Below are positions 44,858 to 53,721 of a DNA stretch of 64,000 nt, piece after piece; the first letter of the stretch is position 1; each line of letters starts with the position of its first letter. The notes beneath the pieces were generated by a model, which saw nothing but the letters and a program-made list of their open reading frames with translations, was not told the DNA's origin and ran no database searches. The translations under genes were made by a program, and so were the position numbers. This DNA is from an uncultured Lachnospiraceae bacterium. Its GTDB lineage: Bacteria > Bacillota > Clostridia > Lachnospirales > Lachnospiraceae. The stretch covers positions 340 to 64,339 of the forward strand of contig OMTX01000138.1 in the NCBI GenBank assembly GCA_900314085.1, given 5' to 3'.

Positions 44858-45769
44858 CTACTGGGGCTTCTTTGCTGCCGGAGCAGCGCCGGCTGCTGCA
44901 GCCTTGGCCTTCGCAGCTTTCTGCTTCTTCGCCTCTTCAAGTAGCTTGTTTTTGAGGTCGTAACACTTGTCCTTGACACGGGGGTTCGTAGAATTCGTAA
45001 GCAAACGGGAAACGAGCCGGCTGGCGGAACCGTAGTCATGAAGCTCCATCGCCATATTGGCCAGCATGAATTCAAGCGTGGAACCGTCAATTCCGCAGTA
45101 GGGACCGGACTCTTCGGATGCCGCCTTCGTGAAACCCTCATAGGCCTGCTTGTAGAAGCCCAGGTACTCTTCTTTGACCTCGGCCTTTTTCTGCTTCTCT
45201 TCATTTGTGCCTTCCGGCAGCTCGGGAAGCTGGGCCCGGCGCAGCCAGGCAATCTTCAGGCAGATATAGGACTTCTCGGAAAGCTTGGCCCGCTTCGTCA
45301 TGGCGCAGACCAGGGCCAGCTTCGCCCGGTCAACGGCCTCGTCGTAGGTATATTTCGCCTTGTGCTCGTCCGGCATATGCTTGAACTTCACGCCGACTGC
45401 TTCCTTGATCCACTTGATCTGGGCGGAGGAAACATGGATGAATTCCTTGTTGAGCGCCGCATAGCCGCAGTAGGGACAGGCAGCGACATCGTACTTCACC
45501 GTATCAATGCCCTCGTAGCGGGGCCTGAGGTCGTCGTCCGGCTCTAAGCGTTTTGCCTTTCCGGTCTTCACCGTCAGGGTTTTGAACTTGCGATCGCAGA
45601 CCGGGCACTGGATTTCCTTTTCAAGCACCAGGTCTTCTTCCTGCAGGGGGGCCGCTGCCGCCTTCTGGGGAGAAGCCGCCTGCTTCTTCGCAGCCTGCGG
45701 ATCTTTTGTGATGTCCAGATTTCCATCGGACTTGATGCCGAATTTTTCCAGGCCGGCAAGTAAATTCAT
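44858..45769 (-). CDS. DUF2225-family zinc-ribbon/helical protein
   Basis: CPVCDRKF...CPYCGYAA zinc ribbon followed by a helical domain. ATG 45769 has a GGAGGAAG SD. Confidence 0.7.
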   Translation of the reverse strand: MNLLAGLEKFGIKSDGNLDITKDPQAAKKQAASPQKAAAAPLQEEDLVLEKEIQCPVCDRKFKTLTVKTGKAKRLEPDDDLRPRYEGIDTVKYDVAACPYCGYAALNKEFIHVSSAQIKWIKEAVGVKFKHMPDEHKAKYTYDEAVDRAKLALVCAMTKRAKLSEKSYICLKIAWLRRAQLPELPEGTNEEKQKKAEVKEEYLGFYKQAYEGFTKAASEESGPYCGIDGSTLEFMLANMAMELHDYGSASRLVSRLLTNSTNPRVKDKCYDLKNKLLEEAKKQKAAKAKAAAAGAAPAAKKPQ

Positions 45770-45893
45770 AATCTTCCTCCATTTCAACTGCCGCAAAAGA
45801 AAGCGGCAGACCAAATGGCAATACTTCAATAGACGTTTTCGCGCGTTCGTTAATGAAACGCTCTGCCCGAAGCCGTCAAAACGGCACCCGCTC

Positions 45894-47600
45894 TCAATTC
45901 CGAGCAGGCAGCTTGTAGGAACTCTTCAGGGAAACAATCCGGTTGAATACGGGCTCTCCGGGCTTCGAGTCCTTGGGATCAACGGCAAAAAATCCGTTCC
46001 GGACGAACTGGAAACGGTCGTACGCCTTCGCATCCTTCAGGGAGGGCTCAACATAGGCATTCATCACGGTTTCCGAATTCGGGTTCAGGTTTAAGTCCCC
46101 GTTTTCATCGTAGACGCCCTTCTCCTCATCAACGATATTCTCATAGAGGCGGGCCTTCACCGGGATGGCCGTCCCCGCATTCACCCAGTGGATTGTGCCT
46201 TTGACCTTGCGGCCGTCGGGAGAATCTCCGCCCTTTGTAGCGGGATCATAGGTGCAGTGGATCAGTGTCACATTCCCGTCCGCATCCTTTTCGCAGGACG
46301 TGCAGGTCACATAGTAGGCGTTCATGAGGCGGACCTCATTGCCGGGATAGAGGCGGCGGTACTTGGCCGGAGGCACCTCCATGAAGTCCTCGCGCTCGAT
46401 ATAGAGCTCGCGTGAGAAGGGAACTGTCCGTGAGCCCAAAACCGGATTTTCCACATTATTCTGAACGGGAAGCTCCTCCGTCTGTCCCTCGGGGTAGTTG
46501 TCAATCACGAGCTTCACGGGATCGAGAACCGCAAAGATGCGGGATGCCTGTACTTTCAGGTCTTCCCGGATGCAGTACTCGAGCATGGCATAGTCCGATA
46601 CCGCATTCGACTTCGCAATGCCGGAAAGCTCGACAAACTTCCGGATGGACTCCGGCGTGAAGCCGCGGCGGCGAAGGCCTGCAATCGAGACAATGCGGGG
46701 ATCGTCCCAGCCGTCCACCATGCCGTTCTCCACCAGCTTTTTGATGTAGCGCTTGCCGGTGACGATATTTTTCAGGTACATCTTGGCAAACTCGATCTGC
46801 CTGGGCGGCTTCTCCCAGTCCGTATTGTTCACCACCCAGTCATAGAGAGGCCGGTGGTCTTCAAACTCCAGGGTGCAGAGGGAATGGGTGATGCCTTCAA
46901 TCGCGTCCTCAATCGGGTGGGCGAAGTCATACATGGGGTAGATGCACCACTTGTCGCCGGTCCGGGCGTGGGAAATATGGGCGACGCGGTACAATATGGG
47001 ATCGCGCATATTGATATTGGGAGAAGCCATGTCGATCTTCGCCCTGAGGACCATCTCTCCGTCTGCGTATTTGCCGGCCTTCATGTCGGAGAAAATCTGC
47101 AGGGATTCTTCCATCGGCCGCTCGCGGTTCGGATCATTCGTACCGGGTTCCGTCAGGGTGCCTCTCGTTTCCCGGATCTGATCCGCGGAGAGATCCGAAG
47201 CGTAAGCCAGGCCCTTTTTGATGAGGGTTACGGCGCACTCGTACATTTTGTCGAAGTAGTCGGAAGCATAATAAATCTTGTCCCCGAAATCAGCGCCCAG
47301 CCACTTGACGTCCTCGACGATGGAGTCCATGAACTCGGATTTTTCCTTCGTCGGGTTCGTGTCGTCGAAACGCATATGGAAAGTGCCGTTGTATTCCTTT
47401 GCGATTCCGGAATTCAGGATGATGGACTTAGCGTGGCCGATATGCAGGAAGCCGTTGGGCTCCGGCGGGAAGCGGGTAACGACCTCCGAATAGCGGCCGC
47501 TCTCGAGATCCGCATCGATTGCTTCCTCAATGAAATTGCGGCTCTTCTTCTCTGAGTCCTCTGCTGCTTCTGTCGCGCTTGTTGTTGCTTCTTCAGACAT
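45894..47600 (-). CDS. glnS: Glutamine--tRNA ligase
   Basis: 568 aa. FPPEPNGFLHIGHAKS (HIGH) and a GlnRS-type beta-barrel C-terminus. Confidence 0.95.
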   Translation of the reverse strand: MSEEATTSATEAAEDSEKKSRNFIEEAIDADLESGRYSEVVTRFPPEPNGFLHIGHAKSIILNSGIAKEYNGTFHMRFDDTNPTKEKSEFMDSIVEDVKWLGADFGDKIYYASDYFDKMYECAVTLIKKGLAYASDLSADQIRETRGTLTEPGTNDPNRERPMEESLQIFSDMKAGKYADGEMVLRAKIDMASPNINMRDPILYRVAHISHARTGDKWCIYPMYDFAHPIEDAIEGITHSLCTLEFEDHRPLYDWVVNNTDWEKPPRQIEFAKMYLKNIVTGKRYIKKLVENGMVDGWDDPRIVSIAGLRRRGFTPESIRKFVELSGIAKSNAVSDYAMLEYCIREDLKVQASRIFAVLDPVKLVIDNYPEGQTEELPVQNNVENPVLGSRTVPFSRELYIEREDFMEVPPAKYRRLYPGNEVRLMNAYYVTCTSCEKDADGNVTLIHCTYDPATKGGDSPDGRKVKGTIHWVNAGTAIPVKARLYENIVDEEKGVYDENGDLNLNPNSETVMNAYVEPSLKDAKAYDRFQFVRNGFFAVDPKDSKPGEPVFNRIVSLKSSYKLPARN

Positions 47601-47630
47601 GATTTTTTCTTTCTAAAATATTCTATTTGT

Positions 47631-47807
47631 ATTGTATAACCATCGGATTGCTCCGTCGCTGCGCGACTCTCGCAATCCTCCCCTCAAGCTCACGCTTTAC
47701 TGCTGTATACACAGCATCGCGTTCGCTTGAGGGGGCGGGCCATTAACGAATGTCCATTGAAAAACAGGTTTTCCAATGTCCATTCGTTTTGGCCCTGGTT
47801 ATACAAT
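47631..47807 (-). other. Compact multi-hairpin (four-way-junction-like) element between the rhomboid-like gene and glnS
   Basis: A 12-bp closing stem (47631-47642/47796-47807) encloses three abutting hairpins at 47645-47678, 47680-47734 and 47738-47794, with linkers of 0-3 nt. Confidence 0.5.
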
Positions 47808-48746
47808 GTGTTTGTGCGTGAAAAGGTGGTCGTTGCAATACTCGTGATTCCCCTTGCACTTCGAACAGTAGCGGAAGGTAAGCTCGGGATTTGTAATTTC
47901 CGTCCGTCCGCAGATCTCGCACTTGTGCACCCGGGGAGCCCCCTGGGACTTCCGTGCGCTCTGAGCGCCGCCGAAGGGATTGAAGCCTCCGGAACCGCCG
48001 CCGGTGTAAGGATTCCCGCCGGCCGTCCCGTATCCGGCGCTGCCCCTGCTTCCTTCATAGGCCTTCTTCCAGTCGTGCTGCCGCTTTCTCTCTCGGGGAT
48101 CGATCCGCCGCCAGTTTCTGGTCGACAGGAAGAAGATGAAGAAGTTCAGGAGCGAGGCCCCAATGGCTAGGCGCCCGCCCATATCCGTCTGGATGAATTC
48201 GAAGACGATGAGAGCCGCATAGACGATGGCCATCCACTTCATCTTGATCGGGATGAAGAAGTAGAGCAGGATCTCCATGTCCGGATAGCAGACCGCAAAG
48301 GCCAGGAAGATCGACATATTGATGTAATAGGTCGAGAAGTAGGTTCCGATGCCGATGACCGGTACCCCGTTCACGGCGTAATAGATGCCGTACAGGAGAA
48401 AGGCGCCGATGATGGTGAAGAGAATCCCGCCGAAGATATAGCAGTTGTAGCGGAAGGTTCCCATCGTCTGCTCGAGCTGGGTTCCCAGCTGCCAGTAGAA
48501 AATCATCATGATGATGGCAAAGATGATATTCTCCCGCGGAGGCATCAGCACCCAGGATATGAGCCGCCATATGTGAAAATTGTGAATAATGTACCAGGGT
48601 TCCAGGCTGACCCACTCAAGAACATTCAGGCTGGTAAAGGTCGCCCCGAAGTATAGGAGGTAGCCGATCACATACCCTCCGATCAGGTAATTCGTCAGGT
48701 GACGAATGGCGTACTTCCCGAATTTCCGTTCCATTTTGTCTAGCAT
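47799..48746 (-). CDS. Polytopic membrane protein, rhomboid-like fold lacking obvious catalytic Ser/His, with Gly-rich linker and C-terminal Cys/His zinc-ribbon
   Basis: 315 aa. HIWRLISWVLMPP...QLGTQLEQTMGTFRY resembles rhomboid TM2-TM3 motifs. No GxSG motif seen. C-terminus KCEICGRTE...YCSKCKGNHEYCNDHLFTHKH. Confidence 0.5.
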   Translation of the reverse strand: MLDKMERKFGKYAIRHLTNYLIGGYVIGYLLYFGATFTSLNVLEWVSLEPWYIIHNFHIWRLISWVLMPPRENIIFAIIMMIFYWQLGTQLEQTMGTFRYNCYIFGGILFTIIGAFLLYGIYYAVNGVPVIGIGTYFSTYYINMSIFLAFAVCYPDMEILLYFFIPIKMKWMAIVYAALIVFEFIQTDMGGRLAIGASLLNFFIFFLSTRNWRRIDPRERKRQHDWKKAYEGSRGSAGYGTAGGNPYTGGGSGGFNPFGGAQSARKSQGAPRVHKCEICGRTEITNPELTFRYCSKCKGNHEYCNDHLFTHKHIV

Positions 48747-49115
48747 GAAAATAGCCTCAATATGTGTCCTACAGGCTGTCCGCGCGTCTGTTTCAGAGGA
48801 AACGTGTGTGCCGATATTCGTTTCCTCCGGACATAAGACACGCTTTTACATTATAGAAATCCTGTTTTTCTTTGTCAACGGAGAGAGCCTCCAAAGAAAA
48901 TCCCAAAATAATACAATTTTTCCTCAAATGTTGCATCCGCTACAAAGCAAACCTTTTGTCAGTTGCTACAATGCAGCCCGTAACCTATAATACGCTACGG
49001 CTCGATGGGGAGCTCTATTTTTATATGTAGAAACAGTTTACAAACATTTTATAATTACCGCCGCAAACCTATGCTAAGATATTCGGCGGATTTCTGTTAA
49101 TTGTCTTCCGCATTT

Positions 49116-49176
49116 AATTATGCATTATGAATTATGCATTATGAATTATGCATTTATTCAGCATTATGCATTTATG
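49116..49176 (+). repeat. Four copies of ATTATGCATT (three in a 14-bp tandem array) immediately upstream of the 1423-aa gene
   Basis: Cores at 49117-49126, 49131-49140, 49145-49154 and 49163-49172. Each contains the palindrome ATGCAT. The last copy ends 20 nt before the ATG at 49193. Confidence 0.75.
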
Positions 49177-49192
49177 AAAGGGTAATATTTTC

Positions 49193-52100
49193 ATGTCAGA
49201 TTTCTGCAAAATGGGCATAGACATCGGCTCCACGACAGTGAAAGTTGCCGTGATGGACGAAGCCGACAATCTCCTCTTCTCCGACTACAAGCGACACTTC
49301 GCCAATATCAGAGAGACTCTTCTCGACCTCGTAAAAGAGGCTTACGATGTGACAGGCGATGTCACAATCGCTCCCATCATCACAGGCTCCGGCGGTCTTT
49401 CCCTGGCAAAAAGCCTGGGGATTCCTTTCGTCCAGGAGGTTGTCGCCGTTGCCACTGCCTTAAACCACTTCGCTCCGCAGACGGACGTCGCCATCGAGCT
49501 CGGCGGCGAGGATGCAAAGATCATCTATTTCGAGAACGGCAACGTCGAGGAGCGGATGAACGGTATCTGCGCCGGCGGCACCGGCTCCTTCATCGACCAG
49601 ATGGCCTCCCTCCTGCAGACGGATGCCACCGGCATGAACGAGTACGCCAAAAATTACAAGGCCGTCTACCCCATCGCCGCCCGCTGCGGCGTCTTTGCAA
49701 AGACCGATATTCAGCCCCTGATCAATGAGGGGGCTTCGAAGGAAGACCTCTCGGTTTCCGTCTTCCAGGCCGTCGTCAACCAGACCATTTCCGGCCTGGC
49801 CTGCGGCAAGCCCATCCGGGGCCACGTGGCCTTCCTCGGCGGACCCCTCCACTTCCTGGATCAGCTTCGGGCCTGCTTCATCCGGACCCTGAAGCTCGAT
49901 GACGAGCACACGATCATCCCGGAGAATTCCCACCTCTTCGCAGCCATGGGCTCTGCCTTAAACTACGACGAGAATACGACCCTCTCCATGGCCGAACTCA
50001 AGAAGCGCCTGTCCGGCGACCTCAAGGTCGAGTTCGAGGTAGCCCGCATGGAGCCCCTCTTCAAGGACCAGGCCGAGTACGACGCCTTCACCGAGCGCCA
50101 CGCCAGGGCCCATGTAGAGACCGGGAAACTCGAAGAATCCCGCGGGAATCTCTTCCTTGGGATTGATGCCGGATCCACCACGACCAAGCTGGCCCTCGTG
50201 GACGAAAACGGCAAACTCGTATATTCGTTCTACGATAATAATCAGGGCTCTCCCCTTCTGACCTCCATCCGGGCCATGAAGGAGATCAAGGAAAAGCTCC
50301 CTGCCAATGCGCACATTGTCCACTCCTGCTCCACCGGCTACGGGGAGGCCCTCTTGAAATCCGCCTTCAAGCTGGACGACGGAGAAGTCGAGACCATCGC
50401 CCACTACTATGCGGCTGCTTTCTTCGACCCCAAGGTTGACTGCATCCTCGATATCGGCGGCCAGGACATGAAGTGCATCAAGATCAAGGACGGCACCGTC
50501 GACTCGGTCCAGCTGAACGAGGCCTGCTCCTCCGGCTGCGGCTCCTTCATCGAGACCTTCGCCAAGTCCCTGAATTATTCGGTCAAAGACTTCGCCAAAG
50601 AAGCCCTCTTCGCAGAGCACCCGATTGACCTGGGCACCCGCTGCACGGTCTTCATGAATTCGAAGGTCAAGCAGGCCCAGAAGGAGGGGGCTTCGGTCGC
50701 GGACATCTCCGCCGGCCTGGCCTATTCGGTCATCAAAAACGCCCTCTTCAAGGTCATCAAGCTGGCTGATGCCAGGGACCTCGGGGAAAACGTCGTCGTC
50801 CAGGGCGGCACCTTCTATAATAATGCAGTGCTCCGGGCTTTCGAGAAGATTTCCGGTGTCCAGGCCATCCGCCCGGATATTGCAGGCATAATGGGCGCCT
50901 TCGGCGCAGCACTTATCGCCCGGGAGCGCTTCGAAGAGACGGGAAGCACTACCATGCTGCCCATCGAGGACATCCTGAACCTCACCTTTACGTCCTCCCT
51001 GGACCGGTGTCCTCACTGCAACAACCACTGCCTACTCACCATCAACCACTTCTCGGACGGGAGAGAATTCATCACCGGAAACCGCTGCGAGCGGGGCCTG
51101 GGCCTTCCCAAGAAGAAGGACGATGTTCCGAACCTCTACGACTACAAGTGGAAGCGCCTCTTCTCCTACTATAAGCCCCTGACCGATGAAGAGGCTGTCC
51201 GCGGGACCGTGGGCCTGCCGAGGGTTCTCAATATGTACGAGAACTACCCCTTCTGGGCCGTCTTCTTCGAGGACCTCAAGTTCAAGACCGTCCTTTCTCC
51301 CCGGTCCACGAGGAAGGTCTACGAGCTGGGCATTGAGTCCATTCCCTCGGAGAATGCCTGCTACCCGGCGAAGATCACCCACGGCCACATCAAGTGGCTC
51401 ATAAACAAGGGCGTGGACTTCATCTTCTACCCCTGCATTCCCTACGAGCGGAATGAATTCGCCGACTCCAACAATCACTATAACTGCCCGGTCGTCACCA
51501 GCTACGCCGAGAATATCAAGAACAATGTCGAGGAGATCACAAGCGGAAAGGTCCGCTTCCTGAACCCCTTCATGGCTTTCTCCACGGAGAAGATTCTCAC
51601 CGACCAGCTCGTGAAGGTCTTCGGGGAAGAGTTCCCGGACATTCCCGCTGAGGAGGTGAAGCACGCTGCCCATGAAGCCTGGGAGGCCCAGGGCCGTTTC
51701 CGGACCGATATGGAAAGGAAGGGGGAGGAAACCCTCCGCTGGCTGAAGGAGAACCACCGCCGGGGCATCGTCCTCTGCGGTCGGCCTTACCACATCGACC
51801 CGGAAATCAACCACGGCATTCCCGAACTCATCACGGGCTACGGTCTGGCGGTCCTGACCGAGGATTCGGTTTCCCACTTAGGGAAACTGGAGCGGCCCCT
51901 CATCGTCCTCGACCAGTGGATGTACCACACCCGCATGTATTCGGCCGCCGAGTATACGACCCACCGGGACGACCTCGATGTCATCCAGCTGAACTCCTTC
52001 GGCTGCGGGGTGGACGCCGTCACAACCGACTGCGTCTCCGACATCCTGACCCGGTCCGGGAAAATCTATACCTGCCTGAAGATAGACGAAGTAAACAATC

Positions 52101-53464
52101 TGGGAGCCGCCCGGATCCGTATCCGGTCTCTTCTGGCTGCCCTCCGCGTCCGCGACCGGCAGAAGAAGAAGCGGACCCTGAACCCCACGGACTATATCCG
52201 CACTCCTTTCACCAAGGAGATGAAGAAGACCTATACGATTCTGGCTCCGGAGATGTCCCCGATTCACTTCGAGGTCATCGCCCCGGCCTTCCAGGCGGCA
52301 GGCTACAATCTCATCGTGCCGGAGGTTCCGAGAGAGGCCTGCATCGACTACGGCCTCAAGTACGTAAACAACGATGCCTGCTATCCTTCCATGATGGTGG
52401 TCGGCCAGTTCATGGCGGCCATCGATTCCGGCAAATATGACATGGATCATACTGCCCTCCTCATCACCCAGACGGGCGGCGGCTGCCGGGCATCAAACTA
52501 CGTGGGCTTCATCCGGCGGGCCCTTGCCAAGGCGGGCTACGGCACCAAAGTTCCGGTCATCTCCCTGAACACACTCGGCATGGAGAAAAATCCCGGGTTT
52601 TCCATCACGCCCCAGCTGGTTCAGCACGGTCTCTACGCCCTGGAATTCGGCGACATCTTCATGCGCTGCCTCCTCCGCGTCCGACCTTACGAGAAGGTGC
52701 CGGGTTCTGCGGACAAGCTCCACGAGAAGTGGAAGAAACGGGTAATTGCCTTCGTTTCGAACAACAAGGTTCTCTCCCACGCCAGATACAAAAAGATGTG
52801 CCGGGACATCATCCACGACTTCGATACCCTGCCCATCACGGATGAAAAGAAACCGCGTGTCGGCATTGTCGGCGAGATTCTCGTCAAGTTCCTGCCGGCA
52901 GCAAACAACCATCTCGTGGAGCTTCTCGAAGCAGAAGGCGCCGAGGCCGTCGTTCCGGATCTCACTGACTTCCTCCTCTACTGCTTCTACAATACGAATT
53001 TCAAGGAGGAGAATCTCGGTGCCTCCAAGAAATCGCAGATTGCCGGCAACGCTGTCGTCCGCTTCTTCGAGTGGCTCAGGAAGGATGCGAGAGCGGCCTT
53101 TGAGGAATCCGACCGCTTCACCCCGCCCAACCACATCGAAGAGCTGGCGGATCTGGCCAAGCCCATTGTCTCCATCGGGAATCAGACCGGCGAAGGCTGG
53201 TTCCTGGTCGGCGAGATGATGGAACTGATCCGGTCCGGGGCGAAAAACATCGTCTGCATCCAGCCCTTCGGCTGCCTGCCGAACCACATCGTCGGCAAGG
53301 GCGTGCTGAAGAAGATTCGGACGGAGCATCCCGACGCCAACCTTGTGACCATCGACTACGATCCCGGCGCTTCCGAGGTCAACCAGCTGAACCGTATTAA
53401 GCTCATGCTTTCCACGGCTTTTAAGAACCTGAAACAGGATGAGGCGGAAGAAGCCGTTTCCTGA
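49193..53464 (+). CDS. Fused acyl-CoA dehydratase activase-related protein (two BcrAD/BadFG ATPase modules plus HgdB/DUF2229-like modules)
   Basis: 1423 aa. GIDIGSTTVKVAV and GIDAGSTTTKLAL ASKHA-type phosphate loops, CSSGCGSF, and Cys-rich CPHCNNHC. The C-terminal two thirds resemble 2-hydroxyacyl-CoA dehydratase-component-like domains. Confidence 0.85.
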   Translation: MSDFCKMGIDIGSTTVKVAVMDEADNLLFSDYKRHFANIRETLLDLVKEAYDVTGDVTIAPIITGSGGLSLAKSLGIPFVQEVVAVATALNHFAPQTDVAIELGGEDAKIIYFENGNVEERMNGICAGGTGSFIDQMASLLQTDATGMNEYAKNYKAVYPIAARCGVFAKTDIQPLINEGASKEDLSVSVFQAVVNQTISGLACGKPIRGHVAFLGGPLHFLDQLRACFIRTLKLDDEHTIIPENSHLFAAMGSALNYDENTTLSMAELKKRLSGDLKVEFEVARMEPLFKDQAEYDAFTERHARAHVETGKLEESRGNLFLGIDAGSTTTKLALVDENGKLVYSFYDNNQGSPLLTSIRAMKEIKEKLPANAHIVHSCSTGYGEALLKSAFKLDDGEVETIAHYYAAAFFDPKVDCILDIGGQDMKCIKIKDGTVDSVQLNEACSSGCGSFIETFAKSLNYSVKDFAKEALFAEHPIDLGTRCTVFMNSKVKQAQKEGASVADISAGLAYSVIKNALFKVIKLADARDLGENVVVQGGTFYNNAVLRAFEKISGVQAIRPDIAGIMGAFGAALIARERFEETGSTTMLPIEDILNLTFTSSLDRCPHCNNHCLLTINHFSDGREFITGNRCERGLGLPKKKDDVPNLYDYKWKRLFSYYKPLTDEEAVRGTVGLPRVLNMYENYPFWAVFFEDLKFKTVLSPRSTRKVYELGIESIPSENACYPAKITHGHIKWLINKGVDFIFYPCIPYERNEFADSNNHYNCPVVTSYAENIKNNVEEITSGKVRFLNPFMAFSTEKILTDQLVKVFGEEFPDIPAEEVKHAAHEAWEAQGRFRTDMERKGEETLRWLKENHRRGIVLCGRPYHIDPEINHGIPELITGYGLAVLTEDSVSHLGKLERPLIVLDQWMYHTRMYSAAEYTTHRDDLDVIQLNSFGCGVDAVTTDCVSDILTRSGKIYTCLKIDEVNNLGAARIRIRSLLAALRVRDRQKKKRTLNPTDYIRTPFTKEMKKTYTILAPEMSPIHFEVIAPAFQAAGYNLIVPEVPREACIDYGLKYVNNDACYPSMMVVGQFMAAIDSGKYDMDHTALLITQTGGGCRASNYVGFIRRALAKAGYGTKVPVISLNTLGMEKNPGFSITPQLVQHGLYALEFGDIFMRCLLRVRPYEKVPGSADKLHEKWKKRVIAFVSNNKVLSHARYKKMCRDIIHDFDTLPITDEKKPRVGIVGEILVKFLPAANNHLVELLEAEGAEAVVPDLTDFLLYCFYNTNFKEENLGASKKSQIAGNAVVRFFEWLRKDARAAFEESDRFTPPNHIEELADLAKPIVSIGNQTGEGWFLVGEMMELIRSGAKNIVCIQPFGCLPNHIVGKGVLKKIRTEHPDANLVTIDYDPGASEVNQLNRIKLMLSTAFKNLKQDEAEEAVS

Positions 53465-53540
53465 TTCCGAAACTGTTAAAAAGAAGGGCATGCTCCGCGG
53501 GACGTGCCTTTCTCCTTTAAGAGACAATTTTCATTATTTG

Positions 53541-53567
53541 TTAGCACTCTTTTAAAAAGAGTGCTAA
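53541..53567 (+). promoter_or_regulatory. CIRCE operator (HrcA binding site)
   Basis: TTAGCACTC-TTTTAAAAA-GAGTGCTAA is a perfect match to the TTAGCACTC-N9-GAGTGCTAA consensus. Confidence 0.85.
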
Positions 53568-53574
53568 TTTTTTG

Positions 53575-53603
53575 TTGACTTTTGGTCAAAGGATTACTAA
53601 GAT
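53575..53603 (+). promoter_or_regulatory. Candidate sigma-A promoter for htpG (TTGACT-17 nt-TAAGAT)
   Basis: ttgact at 53575-53580, a 17-nt spacer, then taagat at 53598-53603. Confidence 0.35.
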
Positions 53604-53689
53604 TACTTTTGTGCAATTAAAGCGGACAAGGGAATTTTGCCTCTCCCCGTGTATTCCTGCAAGGCGAGAGGGACGTTTCCGCGCCGGCT

Positions 53690-53703
53690 TTCAGATTAGT
53701 CAT
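53690..53703 (+). promoter_or_regulatory. Instance 5 of recurrent motif (TTCAGATTAGTCAT; 18 nt before the htpG ATG)
   Basis: ggctttcagattagtcat, then aaaaaggagtgattttctATG. Same orientation relative to the gene as the four minus-strand instances. Confidence 0.4.
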
Positions 53704-53721
53704 AAAAAGGAGTGATTTTCT

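Noticed and set aside
48810-48817. GCCGATAT, identical to the SigD -10 consensus, in the long spacer upstream of the activase gene
   Set aside because: There is no TAAA -35 element at the required ~15-nt spacing, and the octamer sits in the loop of a ggaaacg/cgtttcc hairpin.
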